Below are positions 45,210 through 54,179 of a stretch of DNA of 64,000 nucleotides, piece by piece. This DNA comes from a virus. Its lineage: Duplodnaviria; Caudoviricetes. The position numbers were made by a program, and so were the translations under genes. The stretch lies in the IMG/VR virus record IMGVR_UViG_3300032116_000002. One strand, given 5' to 3'. The notes under the pieces were generated by a model. That model was not told where the DNA came from and did not search any database. It saw only the letters and a program-made list of their open reading frames with translations. How positions within the stretch are numbered: the stretch's first letter is position 1; each line of letters begins with the position of its first letter.

Positions 45210-46476
45210 ATGGTGCGAACTCTTTAATTACGCTTTCTAGAGGACCTTGATTTCTTGTTTTATCTAATCTACGATTGAATTCTACAAACTCTGACCATAA
45301 ATTATGTTGATCTCTAGCTTCCAAATAGTTTATATTATCTCTTATCTGTTGTCTAGTTATTCTTTCTAACAAAGGATGCTTTTTAATATTTTCAAATGTC
45401 CACAATCTTTTTTCAACAGATTCTAATCTATCTATAGCTAACTCTTTTAACTCAGTAGGCAATACCTGAGCAGATAAACAATTAGGATAACTGACTCTAT
45501 GACTGTAGAATACAATATTCATTTCATTGATAAAGTAATCTATACATTCTGCTGCTTGTAATATGTTACCTGCTTGTGCAGTGAATGCGCCAACTATTCT
45601 ACTAATGTTAGGTAGTGTTTGCATCTCTTTAATGTTCTTCTCTACCTCAGCAAAGTTGCTATTGCTTCTAATATAGTTGTAAACATCATGTATGCCGTCT
45701 AAGCTAACATTGACTGCGATACTCTTAAAGTGTGGCCAATAATCATGTATCGTTCTATTCTTGCTGATGCCTAATGTTGTTCCGTTAGTAGCATACTTCA
45801 ACTCCATGTTCTTACCATATGGCTTTAGCATATCTAATATCTTATAATGCTGTGGATCCATTAATGGCTCGCCACCTGCAAACTCAACACGACGGAAATG
45901 TGGTATTAGTTTTTCAAAGCTGTTCCACCAATTCTCTGTATCGTCAAATGGGCCTATATATTGTCCGGGCTTGTCAACAAGTTTTGCTACAGTTGGTACA
46001 AGATAATTATTTTCTTTTTCATAGAATGGTTTTACTTCATTCCAATCTTGCCAACTTGTACTATCAAGTGGGTTACACATTCTACACTTAAGATTACATA
46101 GATTATTCAATTTGATTTCCATTGTAGGGAACTCAAATGGCATTGAGTAATCATCATTTAAATTGTCTAGTGCGTTTGGGTATAAATTAATTCTAGCTTC
46201 TGGTATAACACCATTGATGTGTCGTTGTCTTAAACTCTCTACACCTTGATCTTCTAAATCAAAGCAAGGCTTACAAACATCAGGTCTTTCACCATTCAAT
46301 ATTTGTTGTCTCACTTTTTTCATTTCATCGTTGTTCCACGCTGATTCTAAACTTTCGTTCTGAATCCAACCTATGGGTAGACTACGACAACAAATTTTTA
46401 TCGCACCATCTTCTCTAGTAGCAAGCCCTGTAAAGGGATGCATACAAAATGTTTTACTTTGATTGTTCAACTGCAT
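45202..46476 (-). CDS. Radical SAM protein with N-terminal twitch-like domain
   Basis: FCMHPF..CC..CKPC, then CNLKCRMC and FAGGEP; ATG 46476 preferred as start. Confidence 0.92.
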   Translation of the reverse strand: MQLNNQSKTFCMHPFTGLATREDGAIKICCRSLPIGWIQNESLESAWNNDEMKKVRQQILNGERPDVCKPCFDLEDQGVESLRQRHINGVIPEARINLYPNALDNLNDDYSMPFEFPTMEIKLNNLCNLKCRMCNPLDSTSWQDWNEVKPFYEKENNYLVPTVAKLVDKPGQYIGPFDDTENWWNSFEKLIPHFRRVEFAGGEPLMDPQHYKILDMLKPYGKNMELKYATNGTTLGISKNRTIHDYWPHFKSIAVNVSLDGIHDVYNYIRSNSNFAEVEKNIKEMQTLPNISRIVGAFTAQAGNILQAAECIDYFINEMNIVFYSHRVSYPNCLSAQVLPTELKELAIDRLESVEKRLWTFENIKKHPLLERITRQQIRDNINYLEARDQHNLWSEFVEFNRRLDKTRNQGPLESVIKEFAPYV

Positions 46477-47233
46477 ACTCTCTTTCTTTGCACCAAAAGC
46501 ATTCACCGCATACAGGAACATGTTGACCCCGCACATAGGTTTTGTAGTCTAACTCTGGAAACTCGCCCTCACAACTTCTGGTTAAATTAAATAATCTCAT
46601 TATTCCTAATATTCTATATTGTAACACAACCCATGACTTATCTATGAATCTAAAGGGATGACATGCCAATATATCTAAATGGTTCATTACCATTAATCTA
46701 AAATTTTCTTCATTTGGTTCAACATCTCTTGCTGATAAGCTATAATCATGCAAATTTACTTCTGGGTTTTTAGTTACCGCGTTAAAATATGCGTCAACCT
46801 TATTGTGAAAACTTACATACTCAGCCCATGCTCGTAATTCCATTGTATCACCACTGACTGTTTTACCATATTCATCAGTCAAGTTCTGACCACTAAAGCC
46901 ATGTTCTAATTCAGGTGGTACGAAATTTTCATGTATAGTAAAATGTATTTCTGGGAAATGTTTTTCAAAGTAATCAACAACAATATCTCTTACAGGACCT
47001 TGCCAAGGTCTAGTTTTCCAACATCTTATATTACATACTAAGTGTATGTCAATTTTGGCTTTTGTATCTAGTATTTTCTTGCATAGTAAATAGAGCAATA
47101 ATGCTGAATCAGCACCACCGCTTAATGCTAAACTGATTCTGCGCCATCTAGGGTCAAATGGTATAATTAATCCATTAAAGTTATCTACAGGTCCTGTATA
47201 ATTTTTGTAGAGTTCATTGATTTTTTCTAACAT
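46454..47233 (-). CDS. QueC-like PP-loop ATPase
   Basis: LSGGADS PP-loop; TRSCEG...CGECFWC zinc site. Substrate not inferable. Confidence 0.7.
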   Translation of the reverse strand: MLEKINELYKNYTGPVDNFNGLIIPFDPRWRRISLALSGGADSALLLYLLCKKILDTKAKIDIHLVCNIRCWKTRPWQGPVRDIVVDYFEKHFPEIHFTIHENFVPPELEHGFSGQNLTDEYGKTVSGDTMELRAWAEYVSFHNKVDAYFNAVTKNPEVNLHDYSLSARDVEPNEENFRLMVMNHLDILACHPFRFIDKSWVVLQYRILGIMRLFNLTRSCEGEFPELDYKTYVRGQHVPVCGECFWCKEREYAVEQSK

Positions 47234-47240
47234 AACAAGC

Positions 47241-47256
47241 TATTTATAACTAAATA
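47241..47256. promoter_or_regulatory. Back-to-back late-type promoters
   Basis: TATAAATA on minus (47241-47248) and TAAATA on plus (47251-47256) between divergent genes. Confidence 0.6.
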
Positions 47257-47261
47257 CCTGT

Positions 47262-47936
47262 ATGATCAATAAAACAGAATGGTATATTCCTAGTGAGTTA
47301 CTAGAAGAAGCGATAGGCACACTCCCAAATATAGACTATAGACTAACACTAAACGAACCTACGGGTAGATTCTTTTATGACAAATGGAAAGTAAAAGAAG
47401 AATTTGTAGGTACAGTTTGGGAAGAAATACTTAACTCATTGCCATACGAAAAGGGTGAGGCAAGATTAATTAAATTAGAACCAGGTACTACATATATGTC
47501 ACATGCTGATTTAGATGATCGTTGGCATATGTCATTAACTGGTAACCAAAGCTATCTCATTAATTTGTCAGATGACATTATGTATAAATTAGATATTGAT
47601 GGTTATTGGCATAGTATGAATGCAGGAAAACTACATGTAGCCGCTAACTTTGGTGAGATACCAAGAGTACAATTAGTTGTAAGACAATTACTAAAACAAC
47701 CTAAATATACATCAGATTTTGTTCAATTAAAAATAATTCCAGCTATAGAAAGATTTGATAGTAGGTACCAATTTGATAAAACAATTAGTCCATGGTTAAA
47801 TCAACATATTAAGACAGGTGATATCAGCGATTTATCAGTAGAGAATGGAATCGTTAGTATGAAACTATTTGATGGTTTTCTGATTAAATTAAATGAAATT
47901 GTGAAACCTTATTTTAAGGTAGTTCTTTCCAACTAG
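47262..47936 (+). CDS. 2OG-Fe(II) oxygenase-like protein (Asp/Asn beta-hydroxylase-like)
   Basis: MSHAD (HxD), LHVAANFG..RVQLV. Confidence 0.7.
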   Translation: MINKTEWYIPSELLEEAIGTLPNIDYRLTLNEPTGRFFYDKWKVKEEFVGTVWEEILNSLPYEKGEARLIKLEPGTTYMSHADLDDRWHMSLTGNQSYLINLSDDIMYKLDIDGYWHSMNAGKLHVAANFGEIPRVQLVVRQLLKQPKYTSDFVQLKIIPAIERFDSRYQFDKTISPWLNQHIKTGDISDLSVENGIVSMKLFDGFLIKLNEIVKPYFKVVLSN

Positions 47937-48483
47937 GGTATTTACTTAAACTCTCGTAAAACTTGTCAGGGAATATCTGCCATACAGTCTGATCTATTCC
48001 CCTATAGAATACATCTTTGACTTTCTTAGCGATACCCATTTCTTGCAAAGTAGGAAAGTAAACTTTATGTACTAAACTTTGTTTACCTACTTTACTATCA
48101 TTACTTGTAGCATATAACCTGTCCGTATCAGCCCACTCAATACACTGTGGCATATAATACTGATCTGTAACATGTTGATGCGTTTGTATTCTTTTATAAG
48201 GACTTATTAATCCTTTTTCCAATGCTGTAATCTCAGGAAACACACAAACTCTACTTAGTATCCTATAACTACCATCGCCCATAACATCGTCAAATGTATG
48301 TGCTGCTACTGATCCAACTGCTTTATCATCTTGATATAGTACCCAAACATTCCATCGTTCTTCTTTGCGGAAGCAATCAACCATAACATGTTGACTGCTA
48401 TTGTTTAGAAAGCCTTTACTTTCAGCAGTTCTATAAAAATCATTAAGATTGAGCTTAGGATCCCATTCTACAAGTTTAAGCAT
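47914..48483 (-). CDS. GNAT-like acyltransferase-fold protein
   Basis: WVLYQDDKAVGSVAAH..YRILSRVCV; tentative. Confidence 0.45.
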   Translation of the reverse strand: MLKLVEWDPKLNLNDFYRTAESKGFLNNSSQHVMVDCFRKEERWNVWVLYQDDKAVGSVAAHTFDDVMGDGSYRILSRVCVFPEITALEKGLISPYKRIQTHQHVTDQYYMPQCIEWADTDRLYATSNDSKVGKQSLVHKVYFPTLQEMGIAKKVKDVFYRGIDQTVWQIFPDKFYESLSKYPSWKELP

Positions 48484-49165
48484 ATATCTCTTTAGCCTTG
48501 TTTATAAAATCTATAGGATAGTTGTTACTAAAACTATCAAAGCATAATATCTGTGCTTTTTGTAGGGGTGTAGGTTCGTCCCAACTTATACCTTTACTTT
48601 CACTGTATTTTTGTAACTCTAGTCTACGGTTACTACTAATATGACTTAGTACATCACTTATCTTTATTGTTTCTTCATCACCGCTGTATGTGAAAAAATA
48701 ATTGATGCTTTTTAATTTACCATCAACAATAAAGTAACTACTAGGATGCATACTAAATTTATATAAGTTTAAACTTCTGTGTGCTTTGATTATCTCTAGC
48801 ATTTGTTCTTGCCAGTCGGGTAATATATTATTATAGTTTTCTTCCAAACAGCCTGATTGTTCCCAAAAATCATCACCATCTACTTCTAAGTAAATCTTCT
48901 TATTAATTAAATCTATTTCTCTAATATTAGGAACTAAATCAGGAAACTCTTTACTCATAAGATAAATGTATTGTAGTTCTCTATCCCACTTCTCTTGCAT
49001 CTTTTCGGGATCAACGACTTCATTCATACCCTTATGATAGTCTGTATCATTGTGATACCATTTTACAAATGTTTTCTTGTCATCAGACATTAAACTTGTA
49101 TAGATTAAATTATTTCTGCACTGACCAATACCAGGCACATTATTGTAATAGTAAGAATAGCTCAT
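48476..49165 (-). CDS. Degenerate kinase-fold-like protein
   Basis: Paralogue of 51144-51767 (WDRELxY, KKIxxE, DWxxQ, PxSxxIxD). Confidence 0.45.
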   Translation of the reverse strand: MSYSYYYNNVPGIGQCRNNLIYTSLMSDDKKTFVKWYHNDTDYHKGMNEVVDPEKMQEKWDRELQYIYLMSKEFPDLVPNIREIDLINKKIYLEVDGDDFWEQSGCLEENYNNILPDWQEQMLEIIKAHRSLNLYKFSMHPSSYFIVDGKLKSINYFFTYSGDEETIKISDVLSHISSNRRLELQKYSESKGISWDEPTPLQKAQILCFDSFSNNYPIDFINKAKEIYA

Positions 49166-49201
49166 ATAAATACTTATAATTCAAAATAGGGAACCAAAAA
49201 A

Positions 49202-50011
49202 ATGATCAGAGGTATCGGTGGCAGACCATATGTAAACTTAGATGAATTTATTGATATTGAAAAATTTAAAAGTTTACATCCAGAAATAATGCATGGATTT
49301 GCTACAGCAAGACAATTCGCTAAAGAAGGCACTTGGATGAAGCCAGGCTTTGATACTGCAAAAGGCAGTTATCAATATTTTTGGAAACCTATTTACAAAG
49401 CAGTTGAAGAATATCTAGCATTACCCGATGACGATCCAATTAAAGTAGGTGGTTGGGATTTATATACAAGCATTAAAGATCATCATACTAGAAATATATT
49501 CACACGATATTTAAAAATGGCAATGGGTGCATATGACCCATACATTTATTATTTCTTATGGGAAGAAGGTAGTTGGGACGATAGAACTGCACCTAGAAAA
49601 TTAACAGAAGAAGCTGTACACTTTCCTAATGTTGTGCAATGGATTGAAAGCATGGTAGGAACAGTCTTTGAAGATGTGGGTAGAGTTATTTTCTTTCATT
49701 GTGAAGCAGATGGCATACCTTTTGAACACAGAGACCTAGATGCCAAGAACGGCGTTATGGATGAAAACATGTATAGCCCACATAGAAATGAATTCATACA
49801 TCTAAGAGCAAACACAAAGAAAGGATTCTATGTATGGGATCCTGATGCTAAAAACAAATATTTCTTAAACTGTCACGCAGCTTGGTGGAACGACCAAGAC
49901 TGGCATGGTGGCGAAAGAATAATGGAACAGAGTTATAGTTTACGAATAGACGGAAAGTTTACTGAGGATTTTAGAAAACAGATTGGTGTTGATCACTTAG
50001 AATACTATTGA
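49202..50011 (+). CDS. 2OG-Fe(II) oxygenase-like protein
   Basis: EHRD (HxD), WHGG, distal SLRIDG; TATAAATA at 49165-49172. Confidence 0.65.
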   Translation: MIRGIGGRPYVNLDEFIDIEKFKSLHPEIMHGFATARQFAKEGTWMKPGFDTAKGSYQYFWKPIYKAVEEYLALPDDDPIKVGGWDLYTSIKDHHTRNIFTRYLKMAMGAYDPYIYYFLWEEGSWDDRTAPRKLTEEAVHFPNVVQWIESMVGTVFEDVGRVIFFHCEADGIPFEHRDLDAKNGVMDENMYSPHRNEFIHLRANTKKGFYVWDPDAKNKYFLNCHAAWWNDQDWHGGERIMEQSYSLRIDGKFTEDFRKQIGVDHLEYY

Positions 50012-50614
50012 TTTAGCTTCTTCTAACACTGTTTCTATTTTGTCGCTACCTGTAATTCTTTTTATTTCATTGATTGTTTTTTCAGTTAATTTAACTTTGT
50101 ATTCAATCTGATGAATTTTAGGGTGTTGTAGCCAAAATTCAATACTATCTATAATATCTTTGTAGGTAATGCTGTAATCACTATCAATTCTAGCAGGACT
50201 ATGATCACTGAGTGTTGATTCAGCAAATGCTATTTTTAATAGCAAGATATTAGCGATTCGTTCATCATCAATTATACCAATTTTTCTACTAGTTTCTTCT
50301 AATTCTAATTTATTAATTATATTTTTTCTACCTAATACTTCTTCATAATCTGTAACAGCACTGCCCATAACAACAATATTAGGTGTAATAGTTGATGCCT
50401 TAATTAATAAATCTATTTGACTTGATAAGCCATCAAATGCGTTATTGATGAATAAATCTGCTGTCATTACATGATCTAATATTTTATCAATATCAGCTTT
50501 TATATCGTAGCCGTTACTACGTGATAATCCTATTACTTCATGTCCGACATTCTCAAAATAATCGTAACATGCTTTACCTATACCCTTTGTGTGTCCTGTA
50601 ATTACTATTTTCAT
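49997..50614 (-). CDS. Short-chain dehydrogenase-like protein
   Basis: IVITGHTKGIG Rossmann motif, FINNA. Confidence 0.75.
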   Translation of the reverse strand: MKIVITGHTKGIGKACYDYFENVGHEVIGLSRSNGYDIKADIDKILDHVMTADLFINNAFDGLSSQIDLLIKASTITPNIVVMGSAVTDYEEVLGRKNIINKLELEETSRKIGIIDDERIANILLLKIAFAESTLSDHSPARIDSDYSITYKDIIDSIEFWLQHPKIHQIEYKVKLTEKTINEIKRITGSDKIETVLEEAKSIVF

Positions 50615-51147
50615 TCGTATGCCAAATAATTAAATTGATATTTTACTGTGTATCCGAAGTTAGCACTACCATGCCAATCTTTGTAACTATGCCAACGATA
50701 CACATCCCCTTGTTGCCCACCTACTATGGCATAGTTACTGACTACTGCAACTTGCCCAGTTCCATCTTTGTTGATTCTTGCTGTATATCTCACTAATGAG
50801 CCTTTGTTTTCATACTCATCCGCAAAATCATCTATGTCCCAATGCCATGGTGCAGTACAACCAGGATTGATTCTGCTTATCCATGCTCTTGCATAATTAG
50901 TATTACCTACAAACTCTCCAAATAGCTTATCTATATTTGAATCATAATCTTTGTTTGGATAGTAATTAATCCACTCTGCACTTTCTTTTAGATAGTTACT
51001 GTCGATTGATAGTTGTTTAATTTTTATAAACTCAGGGTGATCCCAATCCCAACGTGGTAGTGCAACACCTGGTTTGTTTTCTATACTGTTGATGACTTCA
51101 TCCCAGTTGATTATATTACTACAATTTCCTATGTGGGTTGGACTCAT
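50611..51147 (-). CDS. 2OG-Fe(II) oxygenase-like protein
   Basis: APWHWD (HxD), WHGSAN. Confidence 0.7.
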   Translation of the reverse strand: MSPTHIGNCSNIINWDEVINSIENKPGVALPRWDWDHPEFIKIKQLSIDSNYLKESAEWINYYPNKDYDSNIDKLFGEFVGNTNYARAWISRINPGCTAPWHWDIDDFADEYENKGSLVRYTARINKDGTGQVAVVSNYAIVGGQQGDVYRWHSYKDWHGSANFGYTVKYQFNYLAYE

Positions 51148-51767
51148 AGAATTTCAGTAAGCATAACACCCCATTCAGTGATATGCTTTTTAACGCCTTG
51201 TTCGTAAAACACAGTAAGGTCTACATTGTCACCGAATGTACTTTCAAGCCAACGGTCTTGACTTTTTTGACCTATTACATGTTTCAATATATGCACGGGG
51301 ACAGTTGCTTGCGCTTTGTCAACGCAAGCATACATATCAAAGGTATGTAATGTATTATCTTTGATATAAAAACTATGCGGTTGTATAGTAAGTTTAATAA
51401 AATTATTTGATTCTAAATCTTGTATAATTTGTTTTAATTGTGATTTCCAATCTATACAATGATCTTCTAAAGCACGATTGGTAAACAATACATTGTTACA
51501 AGATTCTGTAAATTCTATAAAAATTTTCTTAGTTGAAGTATCAACATGTTTAACTACTGGTGCCCAAGAATAATTTTTAAATTGCTCTAAGTATTTTAAT
51601 TCACGATCCCAATAAAATGAATTATCAAAATCTATTCTAGCATTTCCGTAATCCATGCATAATGTGCCACTATCTTTATCTAACAATGGCACATATACAT
51701 GATTAGTATAACTGGGTACATCAAAATCTAATCTAAAAACTTCTTCCCAATTATCTGTGTTATACAT
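51144..51767 (-). CDS. Degenerate kinase-fold-like protein
   Basis: Paralogue of 48476-49165. Confidence 0.45.
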   Translation of the reverse strand: MYNTDNWEEVFRLDFDVPSYTNHVYVPLLDKDSGTLCMDYGNARIDFDNSFYWDRELKYLEQFKNYSWAPVVKHVDTSTKKIFIEFTESCNNVLFTNRALEDHCIDWKSQLKQIIQDLESNNFIKLTIQPHSFYIKDNTLHTFDMYACVDKAQATVPVHILKHVIGQKSQDRWLESTFGDNVDLTVFYEQGVKKHITEWGVMLTEIL

Positions 51768-51900
51768 TATTTCTCCGTTTTAGAAATCATTGCTCTGATT
51801 TTTGTTTCAAGCATTTTAGCCCAAAATGGTTGTGGGAAGTTCCAACCTATAAATGCTCCTACTAATATCCATAAAAGTGTATCTAACATAATATAGCTCC

Positions 51901-52284
51901 TTATTGTAAGTTATGTTTTTGTTTATAATCGTTCACTGCTGCTTTGATAGCATCCTCCGCCAGTATTGAACAGTGAATTTTGACTGGCGGTAAAGCCAAC
52001 TCCTCTGCAATTTCCGTGTTCTTAATTTCTGTAGCTTCCGTAAGTGTTTTGCCTTTAAGCCATGTCGTGACCAACGACGAACTAGCAATCGCCGAACCAC
52101 ACCCATAGGTTTTGAATTTTGCATCGGTGATAGTTTCATTTTCTACCTTTATCTGAAGTTGTAGGACGTCTCCGCAAGCCGGGGCTCCAACTAAGCCTGT
52201 TCCTACACTAGGATCATTTTTATCTAACTTACCTACATTTCTAGGATTTTCATAATGATCTAATACTTGACCTGAATATGCCAT
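51901..52284 (-). CDS. iscU: Fe-S cluster scaffold IscU
   Basis: DHYENPRNVG, APACGD, GCGSAIAS, LPPVKIHC. Confidence 0.97.
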   Translation of the reverse strand: MAYSGQVLDHYENPRNVGKLDKNDPSVGTGLVGAPACGDVLQLQIKVENETITDAKFKTYGCGSAIASSSLVTTWLKGKTLTEATEIKNTEIAEELALPPVKIHCSILAEDAIKAAVNDYKQKHNLQ

Positions 52285-52803
52285 TTAAAACGTTCCTTCC
52301 TTTGTTTCTACAACTAACCAACCTAATTTAAATAAATCTTCTTTTACTTCATCAGTGACTTCACCTTCACCAACATAATGTTTAGTTAAGTCACCATCAT
52401 CGTGACGTATGCCACTACAGTACCAATCCATGTAATCACCTTCTCCAGTAAGGTCAGCGACAATGCCGCCTGCATAACGCCAACTGCAAGTCCATACTTC
52501 ATCTTTTAAAATAGGCATAACATCATTGCGTTGGAACTCATTATTGCATAATGCTGCGTAAATATTTTGTGCGTAGGCTCTATTTTTGCATTTTTCTACG
52601 ATAAGTTCACTACTACGCAAATCGTATTCTAAGTTATTCTTTTGCCATTCTGGATCATTCTCTAAAGCCATTTTATCTGCTTCAAAGTTAATGTAAAAGT
52701 CTGCTAGTTTTTCCTTCATATCATCTTCATAGGTATCAGGAATTCTAGCAATTCTATTTTGTAGAGTTTGCTCTCTGTGTTTACTTATAGCTAACTTCTT
52801 CAT
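52285..52803 (-). CDS. Hypothetical protein
   Basis: Packed ORF; YAALCNN and DYMDWYCSG motifs. Confidence 0.7.
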   Translation of the reverse strand: MKKLAISKHREQTLQNRIARIPDTYEDDMKEKLADFYINFEADKMALENDPEWQKNNLEYDLRSSELIVEKCKNRAYAQNIYAALCNNEFQRNDVMPILKDEVWTCSWRYAGGIVADLTGEGDYMDWYCSGIRHDDGDLTKHYVGEGEVTDEVKEDLFKLGWLVVETKEGTF

Positions 52804-53272
52804 TGTTGACTTCTATCCAAGTATGATCACCTAAATATTGCACCTGTGTTATATACTCATAACTATCAGGTACCCCTGTTGTCCAATCATTCGGTCCCAT
52901 TGGTATAAGAATATTTTTCTGTATCTTGTTATCAAATGCTAACCAATATGTTTTACCGTGAAACAATTGAAATTTATATTCCGCAGCATGTACCATATCG
53001 GTTATATCAAGTCTGCGCTTTAACTGCTCTGCTTGTTTTTGTAATACAGTAACAAGCTCCATAATTCTGTTGTATTCTTGCTGAGCATACATTCTTGCTG
53101 TATTCAGCATTAAATCTTTTTGTTGTTTTACTGGGACAAGCTCAAACTTCGGAGCCCCAATATCCATAGGATATGTTAGGCTATGATGTTTATCGGGGTC
53201 CGAAGGTTTTAGTCTCATTGTCTGTAACAAATAACGTGAAGTATTCCGCCTAGTGAAACAAAGGCTACCCAC
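52781..53272 (-). CDS. DUF2452-like protein (likely start MRLKPS)
   Basis: AEYKF..GKTYWL..MGPNDW pattern. Confidence 0.6.
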   Translation of the reverse strand: MGSLCFTRRNTSRYLLQTMRLKPSDPDKHHSLTYPMDIGAPKFELVPVKQQKDLMLNTARMYAQQEYNRIMELVTVLQKQAEQLKRRLDITDMVHAAEYKFQLFHGKTYWLAFDNKIQKNILIPMGPNDWTTGVPDSYEYITQVQYLGDHTWIEVNNEEVSYK

Positions 53273-53454
53273 GTATTTAGTGTGTATGGTATAGCAAGAC
53301 TTGGGAACAATGTGTTAATTGCCCAAATGCCTACTATTGGACTAAGAATAAAAAAGCCCAATATTAATAACATAGTAACTACAGTGCCCAAAAGCGGACC
53401 AAACATTGCTCTTGTTCTTACTGCGTTTCTTTTCATACTAATACCTTTAAGCAT
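53215..53454 (-). CDS. Small membrane protein
   Basis: Two hydrophobic segments. Confidence 0.55.
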   Translation of the reverse strand: MLKGISMKRNAVRTRAMFGPLLGTVVTMLLILGFFILSPIVGIWAINTLFPSLAIPYTLNTWVAFVSLGGILHVICYRQ

Positions 53455-54121
53455 CTTTCACCCCCTTTACTTGATTAGGTTTTTTACTACGATGTTTTTC
53501 GTAGAAAATATGGTTTCCAATTTTCACTACCTTTCTATAAGGCCACATCGGATTTACCCATAAATTATGAAAGAATAAAACTGTGCTTGGCACTACGTCT
53601 TTATATGAATCATATGCTAGTACATTATATGCAATTCTTTCACTTTGTTTGTATCTTGGATCGTTGACATTCAATGGTCTTCTATCACTTTCACATACCC
53701 AACTAAATTGGCACAATTTTACCTTTTTATGACCTTCATCATCAATATATGGATCATCGTCCACTGGCATTAACTTTGTGCTAACTTGATAAACCACTGA
53801 GCAAGGATTAGCTGCGAATCCATGTGCTACACGATTCATTACTACCCTAGCAACTGCTTGTTTGCCCTTTTCAGACTCACTGCCTGCTTCATAAAAAATA
53901 TTTGTAGCCAAACATTTTAGTTGCTTTGCATCAACATATTTTGGTTTAACCGGTACTTGTACGACCTCTTCTTCTTCAGCAAGAATTTCAGGAATAACAA
54001 GCAACGTTTCTCTATTAATAATTAAAAACATACCCAAAAATAAGACGCCGAGGGTAGTTAAAAACTTCTTAATACTAATAATACGTAGGTTTGGTAGGTA
54101 ACTCATAAATCTCCTTTCCAC
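53447..54121 (-). CDS. SleB/CwlJ-like cell wall hydrolase
   Basis: CLATNIFYEAGSE, VVMNRV, CQFSW, IGNHIFY; N-terminal TM. Confidence 0.9.
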   Translation of the reverse strand: MERRFMSYLPNLRIISIKKFLTTLGVLFLGMFLIINRETLLVIPEILAEEEEVVQVPVKPKYVDAKQLKCLATNIFYEAGSESEKGKQAVARVVMNRVAHGFAANPCSVVYQVSTKLMPVDDDPYIDDEGHKKVKLCQFSWVCESDRRPLNVNDPRYKQSERIAYNVLAYDSYKDVVPSTVLFFHNLWVNPMWPYRKVVKIGNHIFYEKHRSKKPNQVKGVKDA

Positions 54122-54179
54122 CCATAGTATACACTACAAGCTTAAAAAAAACAAGAATTTTGGATATAACTTAACTAAG

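Noticed and set aside
37554-46476. Calling any radical SAM gene pqqE
   Set aside because: Only generic CxxxCxxC and auxiliary Cys motifs are visible, and no PqqD/RRE partner is evident.
46454-47233. A 7-deazaguanine DNA modification pathway
   Set aside because: Only a divergent QueC-like fold is seen; no folE, queD or dpdA/tgt is recognisable in the window, so the pathway call is unsupported.
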